Virus record (IMG/VR): IMGVR_UViG_3300037325_000280 | Length of the DNA stretch: 64,000 nt | Source of the DNA: an uncultured virus (IMG/VR IMGVR_UViG_3300037325_000280) | Lineage: Duplodnaviria; Heunggongvirae; Uroviricota; Caudoviricetes | Strand: one strand, 5' to 3' | In this document: piece by piece, positions 28,686-39,404 of the stretch | Layout: the number at the start of each line of letters is the position of its first letter | Numbering within the stretch: the stretch's first letter is position 1 | Position numbers and translations under genes: made by a program | Notes under the pieces: model-generated | The model's database searches: none | What the model saw: the letters and a program-made list of their open reading frames with translations, nothing else | Told to the model about the DNA's origin: nothing

Positions 28686-30257
28686 ATGGCAGGATTCGTC
28701 GAAAGAAATGGACCACTGAGTACTGGAAAAAAACCCTTTGTATTAAGTGATACACTAAAGAAATTATCTTCATTTGGTATGTACTATGATGACTTAGTAC
28801 TTAGACAATCACAGGCAATTGGACCACTTGAAGATGCATATGGATATGGAGCAATGAATCCATTAGGTATGGATAGCGATGATATGTACGGCGCTTTTGC
28901 TGCACTTTCAATGGCAGACACTACCATGCGAAAAAACGTTCCGTTTTTTGATCAACAATATCGTGGTAAACGAGAAGAACTTAGAAAATTTGCACAGCAT
29001 GATGAAATAGAAGACATCTTAGATATCTTATGTGATGAATCAATAGTATATGACAATAAAAATTTCATGGCTAACCCTGAGATTATAGGTATGGAAGTTT
29101 CTGAAGAAGTTCAGAAATATTTAAATAAATCATACCGTGACATTTATCAGTATTTTGGGTTTAACATGGACCAATCCGCGTGGTTCTTTTACAGAAAATG
29201 GTTAATTGATGGATATCTTTCTTTTGAAATTATTTATAATCCAGAAATGACACAGATTATTGGATTTAAGGAAATTGATCCAATAACACTAGTCCCGGGA
29301 TATAATCATGAGGATGGTAAAAAAATATGGATTCAATTTAAAGATGATCCAATTAAAGAAAGAAAATTATACGATTCTCAAATAGTATACATATCATATT
29401 CTTCCATTACAACAGCATCTAGGGTTTCTTACGTTGAAAGATTAGTAAGGTCATTCAACTTAATGAGAATAATGGAGCATACCCGTGTTATTTGGGCTGT
29501 TACAAACTCTTCATATCGAATGAAGTTTATTATTCCAGTTGGAGGTAAGTCAAAGACTAGAGCAAAACAATCTCTTTCTCAATTAATGGGTAACTATAAA
29601 GAAGTTGTAGATTTTGATTGGGACAGTGCATCTCTGACAACAAATGGTAAACCAATGTTACAATTCAATAAAGAATACTGGTTACCTAGCAAGGACGGTG
29701 AGCAACCTGAGATTGAAACCCTAGGAGGAGAAGGCCCGGAGCTATCCGACACTGAATCTCTAAAATACTTCTCAGATAAATTAAAATCAGTTTCTAAAAT
29801 TCCATACTCTAGATTTATGTATGAAGATGGTGGTGGAGATTTTGCAATGGAAGCTGATGGAATGATTAGAGATGAAATTAAATTTGCTAAATTTATAACT
29901 AGACTTAGAAGTTCTTTTCAAGAAATATTAGTTAAACCTCTTTGGCTTCAAATGTGTCTTAAATATCCTGAATTCAAAGAAGATGCTGGATTTAGAACTC
30001 AAATCGCTCTTCAATTTAATGAAGAAAATATGTTTGCTGAATTAAAGCAAATGGAAATAATGGTAAAAAGACTTGATTTCATAGGTACTATGAAAGATTC
30101 ATTAGTTAAAACAGATCCATTAACAATGGAAGAAACTCCATATTTTGACATGGACTTCTTAGTTGATAGATATATGAAACTTTCACCTGATGATAAAGCA
30201 GCAAACGAAGCCTACAAGTCAAGAGCCAAGGCAAGGGAAGCAGCTGAACCTGCATAA
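28686..30257 (+). CDS. gp20: Portal protein
   Basis: RKWLIDG, SYVERLVRSFNLMRIME, EYWLP, IETLGG, RDEIKFAKFI. Confidence 0.92.
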   Translation: MAGFVERNGPLSTGKKPFVLSDTLKKLSSFGMYYDDLVLRQSQAIGPLEDAYGYGAMNPLGMDSDDMYGAFAALSMADTTMRKNVPFFDQQYRGKREELRKFAQHDEIEDILDILCDESIVYDNKNFMANPEIIGMEVSEEVQKYLNKSYRDIYQYFGFNMDQSAWFFYRKWLIDGYLSFEIIYNPEMTQIIGFKEIDPITLVPGYNHEDGKKIWIQFKDDPIKERKLYDSQIVYISYSSITTASRVSYVERLVRSFNLMRIMEHTRVIWAVTNSSYRMKFIIPVGGKSKTRAKQSLSQLMGNYKEVVDFDWDSASLTTNGKPMLQFNKEYWLPSKDGEQPEIETLGGEGPELSDTESLKYFSDKLKSVSKIPYSRFMYEDGGGDFAMEADGMIRDEIKFAKFITRLRSSFQEILVKPLWLQMCLKYPEFKEDAGFRTQIALQFNEENMFAELKQMEIMVKRLDFIGTMKDSLVKTDPLTMEETPYFDMDFLVDRYMKLSPDDKAANEAYKSRAKAREAAEPA

Positions 30258-30296
30258 GAAGATCCTTTAGCAATTTAAAAAGACAAAAAAAAAACA

Positions 30297-30653
30297 ATGA
30301 AAACAATTAAGACATTTGAACAATTTATAAATTCATCTTATATTAAAATAGACGAGGCAGCTATTGATGCCGGTGGTGATTCACGTGTTGTAGTAGACGA
30401 TGTTTCTTTAGATTCAGGTGAAGAAATTAAATCCACTGAAATTCTAGGTGTAATTCTTTCATCTAAAACAGAAAAAGAATTTAAGGAATACTTTTATAAG
30501 GAGTATGGTAACACTGTATTTACCGAAGAAGATATTTTTGCTTTAGTTAAATTTTATAACGATTATACAGCTGAGGTTAATCAAGCAGACGCTGAAGAAA
30601 AGAAGAAAGAAGAAGAGGAAGGTGGCATTGAAGACCCACTAGCAGGCATCTAA
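30297..30653 (+). CDS. Small acidic protein with MKTIKTFEQFIN motif (prohead core or internal protein)
   Basis: Lies between portal and protease genes. Confidence 0.55.
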   Translation: MKTIKTFEQFINSSYIKIDEAAIDAGGDSRVVVDDVSLDSGEEIKSTEILGVILSSKTEKEFKEYFYKEYGNTVFTEEDIFALVKFYNDYTAEVNQADAEEKKKEEEEGGIEDPLAGI

Positions 30654-30722
30654 TTTTAATTTTTTTAAATATTATAAAAATTAGTATGATATATAATAGA
30701 AATATAATAAAATAATAAAATT

Positions 30723-32639
30723 ATGACTAACAACTTACTGATCCTAGAAAGATCATCTACAGAATTAGCGTTTAAACAGGAAGGTGGAACCTACGTTCTA
30801 GAAGGTATCTTTGGAGAAATCGATAAGAAAAATCGTAATAACCGAATTTATACTGAATCTGAATATTTACCACAAATTCAGGCATTACAAGATAAAATTA
30901 AATCATCTAAACTATTAGGTGAATTAGATCACCCTCAGACATTTGACGTATCTTTAAAGAATGTATCACATATTATTGAAGAATTAATATATGATTCAAC
31001 TACAAAACAAGTCAAGGGTAGAATTAGATTATTAGATACCGATGCAGGTCGACAAGCAAAGGCATTAGTGGATGCTGGAGTACCTCTACAAATATCAAGC
31101 AGAGCTGCCGGAGCTGTTGAATCAAATGGACAAGTAAAAATCAAACAATTATTTACATACGATTTAGTAGCTGATCCAGGATTTGAAAACGCTGAACTAA
31201 AAAGAGTTAATGAATCTTATGGATTTGTTAATGAAGGAAACGACCTATTTATTTACGAGATAAATAATAAAGATAATAACAAACAAACAATCGAAAACAT
31301 AAACGAAACAAAAATGGCAGAGTCTAAATTTATTACGGTTGAGGATTTCAACAACTACTCTAAATATCTTTCTAATGAAATGAAAACTATCAAAGAAAGT
31401 ATGAATTTATTAACATCAACTGATGAAAACACTTCTCAATTAGAAAAGATTAAAGAATATACTAATTATTTAGCTGAAAAACTAGAGAATTCAATAGCAT
31501 ACTCTGAGTATTCGGCTAAAAAAACAGATGAAAGTATTCAATATACTGAGCATCTTGCAGAAAAACTAGATAAAGGTATTCAATATTCTGAACATATTGC
31601 AGAAAGTGTTGATTCTATTAGAAATTACACTAATTATTTAGCAGAATCATACAATGAAGGAACTACTTCACATGATAACTTAATTAAGTATACTGAGTAT
31701 TTAAGAGAAAATCTAGAAAAAGTAACAGAATACGCTGAATATGTTGCAGAAACAGTAAACACTAACTTATTATTAGAAGACGGAGCTGGAATTCCAGCAA
31801 AAGACTTAAAAGACGAAACTAAAGACGTTACTGTAAAAACAGTTGATGCTGATGGCAATGTAATTGACAGTAAAGTTAAAGATGTTGAAGCTGATTTAGA
31901 TCTTAAAGGAACTGGAGACGCTGCCGGGATTGAAATAGTAGAAGGTGCAGCTGGAATACCAGCAGAGGACTTAAAGGACGAAACTAAAGATGTAACAGTA
32001 AAAACAGTTGATGCTGATGGTAATGTAATTGACAGTACAGTTAAAGATGTCAAAGCCGATTTAGATCTTAAAGGAACTGGAGACGCTGCCGGAAAAACAG
32101 TAGACGCAATGGAAGCTTACAAAAATTCAATTACTTCTAAATTAGAAGCTTTAGTTGAAAAGGTTAACGCTAAAAAAACAGATAATCCTTCTTTCTTTAA
32201 ATTTATTAATGAAGAAAAAATAAATGAATTTAATGCTTTATCAAATGAAGATAAAACTAAAGTTACATCTGCAGTCGAAGGCAAGGGCTATCTAACAGAA
32301 GGTCAAATTTTATCATTATGGTCAAATTCATTAATGGGAGCTGTAATTACAGAAAATACACCAAATGTAATTGCAATGATGCCAACTGAATATCATGATA
32401 CATGGACTAAATTATCTGAAAGTAAGAAAAGCCAAATAATGGCTCAATCAAAAATGGCTAAACTAGAAACTTCATATCAAGTTGCAAATTTCTGGCAAAC
32501 AAGAGATCTTAGAGAAACTTCATCAATCATGGAAAAAATAACAATGATTAATGAATCTACAAAGATCGAAGAAGTAAAGACAATAGGTTACGATTTGTCA
32601 GATATTACTGCTCAAATAGCAAAAAAATTCAAAAAATAA
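30723..32639 (+). CDS. gp21: Prohead protease fused to scaffold/core domain
   Basis: NRNNRIY, LGELDHP, ISSRAAG, YDLVADPGF; long YxEYLAE helical repeats. Confidence 0.85.
   Translation: MTNNLLILERSSTELAFKQEGGTYVLEGIFGEIDKKNRNNRIYTESEYLPQIQALQDKIKSSKLLGELDHPQTFDVSLKNVSHIIEELIYDSTTKQVKGRIRLLDTDAGRQAKALVDAGVPLQISSRAAGAVESNGQVKIKQLFTYDLVADPGFENAELKRVNESYGFVNEGNDLFIYEINNKDNNKQTIENINETKMAESKFITVEDFNNYSKYLSNEMKTIKESMNLLTSTDENTSQLEKIKEYTNYLAEKLENSIAYSEYSAKKTDESIQYTEHLAEKLDKGIQYSEHIAESVDSIRNYTNYLAESYNEGTTSHDNLIKYTEYLRENLEKVTEYAEYVAETVNTNLLLEDGAGIPAKDLKDETKDVTVKTVDADGNVIDSKVKDVEADLDLKGTGDAAGIEIVEGAAGIPAEDLKDETKDVTVKTVDADGNVIDSTVKDVKADLDLKGTGDAAGKTVDAMEAYKNSITSKLEALVEKVNAKKTDNPSFFKFINEEKINEFNALSNEDKTKVTSAVEGKGYLTEGQILSLWSNSLMGAVITENTPNVIAMMPTEYHDTWTKLSESKKSQIMAQSKMAKLETSYQVANFWQTRDLRETSSIMEKITMINESTKIEEVKTIGYDLSDITAQIAKKFKK
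31785..32093 (+). repeat. Tandem duplication with a 165-bp (55-aa) period inside the protease-scaffold gene
   Basis: AGIPAxDLKDETKDVTVKTVDADGNVIDS...LDLKGTGDAAG occurs twice, starting at 31785 and 31950. Confidence 0.9.
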
Positions 32640-32785
32640 AAATATATCACAATATTATCAAATAATTAAAGATATATAATAAAACAAAACATATTCGATG
32701 CACAGTTAAGAAGCAAAAAACTGAAATTATATCGAAAACTCGTAAACACGAAACTTAAACCATTAAAAAATAAATTAAAACAAAA

Positions 32786-34243
32786 ATGGCAAATTTAATT
32801 AATGAATCAGAAATCAGAGCAACATGGTCTCCGATTATTGAATCAGCAACAGGAATCAATGACGCTAGCAAATTAGCTTGGATGTCAGAGTACTGTCATA
32901 ATCACAAATTATATGAGGATGCTTCTACTATGTCTTTAGGGACTGCAGGAAATATCTTTGGTATGGGCGCAACGGTTTTACCTTCAGGAATCACTAACGG
33001 TGTTTCTACTGTAAACGGTTCTGGAGATAAGTCTCCTTCCCTATTACCTTTAGCAATGCAAGTTGCTGCACAAACTATCGGTCTTGATTTAGTACCTGTA
33101 GTTCCTATGGCTGGACCAATGGGATTACTATCTTATTTAGACTTCGTATATGAAGGTGGTAAAATTGCAGGAACAACTACTCCAACTTACGTTAAAGCTT
33201 CTGAGGCACTTTTAGGTACTGACGATATTGATGCTGTACCTGGAAGTAATGGTGATTACGTATTCATCGGATCATCAAGAATTGATGGTAAATCAATTTT
33301 TAAAGTTGGAACTATTGATGCATCAAACACAAATATTGCAGGTGACTTAGAAGCAGTTGCAACAGGTGCTGGTGTAACTGTAGAATTAGTAAAAGCATTA
33401 GAAGATCATGTTAAAGGATTCGTTGCAGCTGATGAGAATGGAAATCCATTTTCTAGAGAAGCTGGAGAACAAACTCCTGACAAAATCATGGGTCTTTCAT
33501 TACACTCTAAGACTGTTTCAGCTGAAACTTTTCAAGTTGCTGCTGCGGTTACAAGAGAGCAAGTTCAAGATCTTAAGCAATTCGGAGTTGACGCTGTTGC
33601 TCAAGTAGAAGCTGTTTTAACTAATGAATTAACACAAGGTATTAACCAATACATCTTAGGTAGAATTAGAAAATTAGGTACTGATAACGTAACCGCTGCA
33701 TTTACTGTAAACGGTTTTGACTTAACATTACCTGCTGCTAGTGCTTTAGGTGGTGGTGGTGAAACTTTACCATCAATCCATAGAAGAATCTTATCACAAA
33801 TTCTTGCGGCTGCTAACTTAATCGCTAACAGAGGTAGAAGAGGTGCTGGTAACTTCGCAGTATGTGGACCACAAACTGCAACAGTTTTACAATCAATCTC
33901 TGGATTTGTTGCAAACCCAATGGCTAATACTTTCGCACAAGCTGCTGGAGCAATTTACCCTTTAGGATCTGTTGCTGGAATTAATGTATATACTGACCCA
34001 ACAATGGAATGGGGAGATTATTCTATCGCAGTTGGTAGAAAAGGTGACGGTAACGGACCTGGTATTGTATTTATGCCATACTTAATGGCTGAATCAGTGC
34101 AAACTATCGCTGAAGGAACTATGGCTCCTAAGGTTGCTATTAAATCTAGATTCGCTCTAGTTGATGCAGGTTTTCACCCAGAAACACAATATGTTAAATT
34201 TAACGTTAAAGGTTCATTTACTAACCTATTGACACTTTCATAA
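32786..34243 (+). CDS. gp23: Major capsid protein
   Basis: W.PIIE, LVPVVPMAGPMG, QDLK, GRRGAGNF, FMPYL, KSRFAL. Confidence 0.93.
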   Translation: MANLINESEIRATWSPIIESATGINDASKLAWMSEYCHNHKLYEDASTMSLGTAGNIFGMGATVLPSGITNGVSTVNGSGDKSPSLLPLAMQVAAQTIGLDLVPVVPMAGPMGLLSYLDFVYEGGKIAGTTTPTYVKASEALLGTDDIDAVPGSNGDYVFIGSSRIDGKSIFKVGTIDASNTNIAGDLEAVATGAGVTVELVKALEDHVKGFVAADENGNPFSREAGEQTPDKIMGLSLHSKTVSAETFQVAAAVTREQVQDLKQFGVDAVAQVEAVLTNELTQGINQYILGRIRKLGTDNVTAAFTVNGFDLTLPAASALGGGGETLPSIHRRILSQILAAANLIANRGRRGAGNFAVCGPQTATVLQSISGFVANPMANTFAQAAGAIYPLGSVAGINVYTDPTMEWGDYSIAVGRKGDGNGPGIVFMPYLMAESVQTIAEGTMAPKVAIKSRFALVDAGFHPETQYVKFNVKGSFTNLLTLS

Positions 34244-34269
34244 TACTTAAAATTAACATTTTAATATTA

Positions 34270-34298
34270 AAAGGAACTGAGAAATCAGTTCCTTTTTT
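34270..34298 (+). terminator. Intrinsic terminator after MCP
   Basis: aaaggaactga-gaaa-tcagttccttt followed by T-run. Confidence 0.85.
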
Positions 34299-34335
34299 CG
34301 TTGATATATATGTTATATAAAAAAATATCTACTTT

Positions 34336-35298
34336 ATGAAAAAACATCAAACTTTCGATAATTGGTATACTAAATCAATTAATGAAAATGAGGTTGTTAT
34401 TGAAAATCCAATAACAACAACACAAACTACAAAAATAGAGACGAATATGTCATCTGATGTAGATGCAATTATAAATTCTCTAGAAACATTAGCAAATGAA
34501 TTAACTGAAGAAATAGAGTCAATAGATTTTAATTCTATTTTTGAAGAAACTAACAGTGTTGTAGATTTTGTGTTTAGGGCACCTAAGGCCAGAGCAGCAC
34601 AGAAGAAGGTTAATACTCTTCTTTTAAAGGTTGCTAATTTAGATGCCGCAGCATCAGCCGCTACTGATTCTGACATGAAGAAAAAAATAGCAAATAAAGT
34701 TACTACACTTAAATCACAGGCAGCAGCAGTTCAAACTGCAGTTACTGATAAATTTAAGTCATATTCTGAGATCGTACAAAAGGCACTAAACTCAGAAAAA
34801 ATCAAAGGAAAACTCGAGGTTATAAAAACTGCAATGGGAGATAGCAGCAATGATACAGGAGACCTTAAATCACAAGCTTCTAAATTAGTAGTTAGATTAA
34901 AAAAAGAAGAGGCTGCAATTGCGGATTCTGCACCATCGGATGAAGACAAGCAAAAATTAAAAGACGATGCAGAAGCTAAAGCCGCTAAAAAGGCTAAAGC
35001 AGAGCCCGAAACTAAACCAGTAGATGATAATGATAAAATCAAGGGAAACAAGGAAGAAATGTTACCTAGATTACAATTACAACTTAAGGCAGCTCAGGTT
35101 TCTGGAAATGAAGAAAAGGTTAAAAAAATACAAGATCTTATAGACAAAGTTTCTGCAAAGGAATCTTGGCAAATTAATGGTACTTATTTAGGAATGATGT
35201 TTGAAGCTGAAATTAAAAAATTAGAAAACGATTTCATATTATTAGAGTCAGTTTATTTAAACAGTAGTATTAAGGATAGATTCGCTAGTTTATTATAA
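34336..35298 (+). CDS. Helical Ala/Lys-rich late protein, possibly head-internal
   Basis: GATATATA at 34303; N-terminal QTFDNW...INE. Confidence 0.6.
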   Translation: MKKHQTFDNWYTKSINENEVVIENPITTTQTTKIETNMSSDVDAIINSLETLANELTEEIESIDFNSIFEETNSVVDFVFRAPKARAAQKKVNTLLLKVANLDAAASAATDSDMKKKIANKVTTLKSQAAAVQTAVTDKFKSYSEIVQKALNSEKIKGKLEVIKTAMGDSSNDTGDLKSQASKLVVRLKKEEAAIADSAPSDEDKQKLKDDAEAKAAKKAKAEPETKPVDDNDKIKGNKEEMLPRLQLQLKAAQVSGNEEKVKKIQDLIDKVSAKESWQINGTYLGMMFEAEIKKLENDFILLESVYLNSSIKDRFASLL

Positions 35299-35793
35299 TT
35301 TAGCATTCTTCTTAGCTAATATTAAAAACTCCTGTTGTTGATTCAATAGGAGTTTTTTTACGTGTTGTTGAAAGGCAACAGATGACTTGATTATTCGTTC
35401 ATCTACATTACCTTCCACGAGTATATCATGATGATCAGGGTGCACAAAGTTCTCTTGTGCAAAGTTATTTATATTAGATCTAATCGGTTGATTAGAGAGT
35501 GCGCACGTCCAATCTATGGTATCATAACTTTCGTTTAATTCTTCCAATTTCATAAAAGTGCAGGTAGAATAATCATAGTAATATTTTTCGCGATGTGATT
35601 CTTTTTTATATTTACATACTTCAAAAATGATATGTAAAAATTGATCCTCTTTAGCTCTTTCTTTCATTAATGGATTTTCTAAAAGTAATCTGCGTTGTTG
35701 TCTAGACAAACCGGCATAACATACTCCATATCTGTTTCTTGGATTCGGTCCACCCGTTCTCTTAATCTTAGGGTATTTATTGTTATATGCCAT
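35293..35793 (-). CDS. Hypothetical protein; the only credible minus-strand gene
   Basis: 166-aa ORF filling the gap; GATAAATA late-like motif just upstream on the minus strand (35798-35805). Confidence 0.7.
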   Translation of the reverse strand: MAYNNKYPKIKRTGGPNPRNRYGVCYAGLSRQQRRLLLENPLMKERAKEDQFLHIIFEVCKYKKESHREKYYYDYSTCTFMKLEELNESYDTIDWTCALSNQPIRSNINNFAQENFVHPDHHDILVEGNVDERIIKSSVAFQQHVKKLLLNQQQEFLILAKKNAKL

Positions 35794-35805
35794 GTATTAT
35801 TTATC

Positions 35806-35834
35806 TGAAACATATTCTTATAAATTCATATAAT
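35806..35834 (+). promoter_or_regulatory. Class II promoter TGAAAC-N17-TATAAT
   Basis: Exact motif upstream of the clamp loader gene. Confidence 0.7.
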
Positions 35835-35860
35835 ACACATAACCAAGTACACTAACATAT

Positions 35861-36811
35861 ATGATTCACTCACTATTCACAGAAAAGTATCGACCTAAAA
35901 ATCTACAAGATTTAATTTTACCAGAAAGAGTAATGTCTAAAATTAAAGACGGATTAACACAAAACATGCTTTTAGCTGGAAGTCCAGGTACAGGAAAGAC
36001 ATCAACTGCAAAGGCCATAGTAAATCAATTCAATCTTCCATATTTATATATTAATGCGTCAACAGACACATCAGTCGATGTTATTAGAACTAGAATTACC
36101 GATTTTTGCTCAACAATGTCAGTACTTGATGATCAAGGAAAATTTAAAGTAGTTATATTAGATGAGGTAGATGGAGTTTCAGATCAGTTTTTTAAGGCTT
36201 TACGTGCAACAATGGAAACGTTTGCAAGCAATTCCCGGTTTATTGCAACATGTAATTATGTTAATAAAATACCCGATCCTATTTTAAGTAGATTTGAAGT
36301 TGTTAATTTTGATTTTGATAAATCAGAAGAAATTGAACTAACAAAGAAATATATTAAAAGAGTATATGAGATTTGTGGAAAAGAAGAAATGACTATTGAA
36401 AAGCCAGCATTATTGGAATTTGTCAAGAGAAACTTTCCAGATCTAAGAAGCACTTTGAATAAATTACAAGGTTATAAAACACAAGGAACAACGAATATTA
36501 CAACTGCCGATGTAAAGAAATTTAATTCAGTGTACAAGGACATGTTTGTATTGATTTTTAATGAAATGAATCCAATTGTAAATTACAAACAAATAGTAGG
36601 AGAATATTCAAACAGGGTTGATGATGTGTTGCAAACACTAGGCGAAGAGTTTATAGAATACATTCAAACCGAAAGGCCACAGAATGCCAAACATATTCCT
36701 CAGATTGCGATTACAGTTGCTCATCATCAGGCACAACGTTCTTTAGTAATAGATCCTGTGATTAGTTTACTATCATGTATTTATACTATACAGGGAATAG
36801 TTAGAGAATAA
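35861..36811 (+). CDS. gp44: Clamp loader large subunit (RFC-like AAA+)
   Basis: EKYRP, GSPGTGKTS, ILDEVD, ILSRF, FPDLR. Confidence 0.92.
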   Translation: MIHSLFTEKYRPKNLQDLILPERVMSKIKDGLTQNMLLAGSPGTGKTSTAKAIVNQFNLPYLYINASTDTSVDVIRTRITDFCSTMSVLDDQGKFKVVILDEVDGVSDQFFKALRATMETFASNSRFIATCNYVNKIPDPILSRFEVVNFDFDKSEEIELTKKYIKRVYEICGKEEMTIEKPALLEFVKRNFPDLRSTLNKLQGYKTQGTTNITTADVKKFNSVYKDMFVLIFNEMNPIVNYKQIVGEYSNRVDDVLQTLGEEFIEYIQTERPQNAKHIPQIAITVAHHQAQRSLVIDPVISLLSCIYTIQGIVRE

Positions 36812-36887
36812 ATTAAAAATAAAGCTATAAATATTTTTTTATATCACCGAGATTGATTATATTTATATATAAATTAAAAGATACATT

Positions 36888-38123
36888 ATGAAATTAGGAA
36901 AACACACACTAATCATTGACGGTAATTACTTTGTACATAGTAGATTATTTGTATTACCAAGAGTAAAGGGCAAGCAGTTGTTAGGCGATATTGATGGTCA
37001 AGAACAATTAATGCGTAAATTATGTATTGATCTTGCGTCAGAGGTACGTAAGATGACACCATTTGTAGATCAAGTAGTAGTTGCAGTAGATTCAAAATCA
37101 TGGAGAAAGGATTTATTTCCAGCAGCAGAGTATAAAGGAACAAGAGTACTCGATGATTCCGTTAATTGGAGTAATGTATTTGATGTATATGAACAATGGC
37201 AAAGTATTCTTGCGACTAAAGGCGTAATTGTGCACAAGGTTCCAGGTGCAGAAGCAGATGATATTTTATTTGGATGGGCTAATGCATTAAATAATGAGGG
37301 TAAGAATTGTATAGTGTGGACAGGTGATAGAGATTTAATTCAATTAGTTAATTATAATAAAGCAACAGACGCATATACTCTATGGTATTATAATTCACAA
37401 AGAAAGCTATTAGCATTCGAAGGATTTGAAAGCTTATTAGAATCTAATCACACTTCTGATCTAAGTAATGATGATATGTTATTCAATATGTCATCTTCTG
37501 TTGTAATGAATAATAGTATTAAAGAAGAATTTCAAAAGTGGATTGTTAAAAACACAGTACAAATTCAAGAAATTAATTGTGATGCCTTTATTTTCTCTAA
37601 AATATTACAAGGAGATAAAAGCGATAATATCAAGTCAGTAGTTACATGGACTAAGCAAACAAAGGAAGGTTCTATTAGAAATTACTCTATAACTGAAAAA
37701 CATGCTACTCAAATACTATCAAAGTATAGAGAAGTTGAAGGTGATTTTTTAATAGATCATTTCTTTTCAGCAAATCAAGTAAATGTAATGATTAATCTAA
37801 TATTAGAGGTAGTAGGTAGATCAAATATCAATGAAATCAAAGTTAATTTTAATCAAAACTTAGATTTAATGTTATTACATTACAATACAATCCCAATGGG
37901 AATACAAAAAGCTATGTATATTGATATTGATAAAGATTTTAATGTTGAAACACGCATGCTAGAATTAACTCAAATGGAAAAAATACTAGATGGAACCACA
38001 TGGAACTCTAAGAAATCAGTAGGAAATGGAGCTCCAAAATCATTCGATCCTTTTGCAAAATTAAACATACAAGAAAATATTAATAAATCTGAACAAAATA
38101 ACAAAATCAACACTCTATTTTAA
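36888..38123 (+). CDS. rnh: 5'-3' exonuclease / T4 RNase H-like
   Basis: IIDGN, SWRK...YKGTR, EADD, TGDRDLIQL, GDKSDNI. Confidence 0.88.
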   Translation: MKLGKHTLIIDGNYFVHSRLFVLPRVKGKQLLGDIDGQEQLMRKLCIDLASEVRKMTPFVDQVVVAVDSKSWRKDLFPAAEYKGTRVLDDSVNWSNVFDVYEQWQSILATKGVIVHKVPGAEADDILFGWANALNNEGKNCIVWTGDRDLIQLVNYNKATDAYTLWYYNSQRKLLAFEGFESLLESNHTSDLSNDDMLFNMSSSVVMNNSIKEEFQKWIVKNTVQIQEINCDAFIFSKILQGDKSDNIKSVVTWTKQTKEGSIRNYSITEKHATQILSKYREVEGDFLIDHFFSANQVNVMINLILEVVGRSNINEIKVNFNQNLDLMLLHYNTIPMGIQKAMYIDIDKDFNVETRMLELTQMEKILDGTTWNSKKSVGNGAPKSFDPFAKLNIQENINKSEQNNKINTLF

Positions 38124-38124
38124 T

Positions 38125-38295
38125 ATGTCAAATGAGGAAATTTTAGATGAATTATTACATGAGGTTCATGCAGAATTCATATTTAAAGAAGTTATCTTAG
38201 AAGTAAACAAACTAATGATTGATGATATAAATAGTAGCAGACTTGAAATATTTGAAAAAGCAGTAAGAAATGTTAGACGAAACAAAGTTATTTGA
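38125..38295 (+). CDS. Small hypothetical protein (56 aa)
   Basis: Read manually: MSNEEILDELLHEVH...RRNKVI*. Confidence 0.4.
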   Translation: MSNEEILDELLHEVHAEFIFKEVILEVNKLMIDDINSSRLEIFEKAVRNVRRNKVI

Positions 38296-38698
38296 TTTTA
38301 TAAAAATCATGTTCACAAAACCAAATGAATATAAAAAGATAAGTAATCATAATAAGAAGAGACATCACTTCATGATAAACAGATTCTTTTCAATTCAATA
38401 TCCAGCAAACGCTCAAATGTTTAATAAAAATGGAATTAACCCACTTGCAGTATTAGATAGTTGGGCTTTAGTTGCAGCGAGATTTAAGAATGTTCCTGGT
38501 TGGATTTATACAAAGACAAAAAAGGTAGAAAAAGTATCTGTGACAAAACGCAAATATATACCTTCTGATGCTTCAATTACCTTCTTTATGCAAAGAAATG
38601 AAATTGGAAAAAGAGAATTTAAAGAACTTGAAACCTTTGCAAAAGAAGAACTATATTCTAACTTAAAAAGAATAGAAGATTCAATGCAGGTTTACTAA
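38270..38698 (+). CDS. gp62: Clamp loader small subunit (gp62-like)
   Basis: LFDFIK, FMINRFFS, A.MFN pattern; near gp44. Confidence 0.6.
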   Translation: MLDETKLFDFIKIMFTKPNEYKKISNHNKKRHHFMINRFFSIQYPANAQMFNKNGINPLAVLDSWALVAARFKNVPGWIYTKTKKVEKVSVTKRKYIPSDASITFFMQRNEIGKREFKELETFAKEELYSNLKRIEDSMQVY

Positions 38699-38711
38699 TT
38701 AAACACTATAA

Positions 38712-39359
38712 ATGGAATTATTCGACGTAAGTAAATTACCAACAGCAATCGATGTTACTCTATATAAATATAACTACATCGATAACAGAATCTGGACACA
38801 TATTCAAAATGAAACTGATTACGTTTTTTCTCCTATTGAAAATTCTGTAATAATTACAGTAAATCAACTTAAATTTATATTAAACAAACACTATACTGAA
38901 TTACTTAATAAGATTAAAACAGTAGGTTCTGACGTTTTTCATAAAGAAGTTAACTCTGTCTATTTTTTGCATCAAATTACCACAGAAATGAAAAATCTGC
39001 AATACATTAAATTTAATTTAAATAATGACAAGAGTTATAACAGAATAATTGATGTTGAAGGCAGTAAAGTTTTACAATTTAGTTTTAAAATTCTTACAGC
39101 TACTCTTAAATTATTTGAATTATATAATACAAAGGAGCTTAATGATGTAAACAAAATTCTTTTTGAAATTGGAATCTTTACAAAAGGCAAGCCTTATGTT
39201 AGAATTAATGCTAAAGAACTATCTGATAAAATCGACGAGTATTTAGGCGAAGATGATGAAGAAGATATTGAATCAGGTATACTTTTAGATATTTTAGATA
39301 TTTTAGAACCTAAGATAGAGAGAGAAGATGCACTAATATTATTAATTACAGACTACTAA
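38712..39359 (+). CDS. Hypothetical protein
   Basis: 215-aa ORF. Confidence 0.65.
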   Translation: MELFDVSKLPTAIDVTLYKYNYIDNRIWTHIQNETDYVFSPIENSVIITVNQLKFILNKHYTELLNKIKTVGSDVFHKEVNSVYFLHQITTEMKNLQYIKFNLNNDKSYNRIIDVEGSKVLQFSFKILTATLKLFELYNTKELNDVNKILFEIGIFTKGKPYVRINAKELSDKIDEYLGEDDEEDIESGILLDILDILEPKIEREDALILLITDY

Positions 39360-39404
39360 CAAATTTTTTAGAATATATAGTATAAGAAAAAAATACTAGT
39401 ATTA

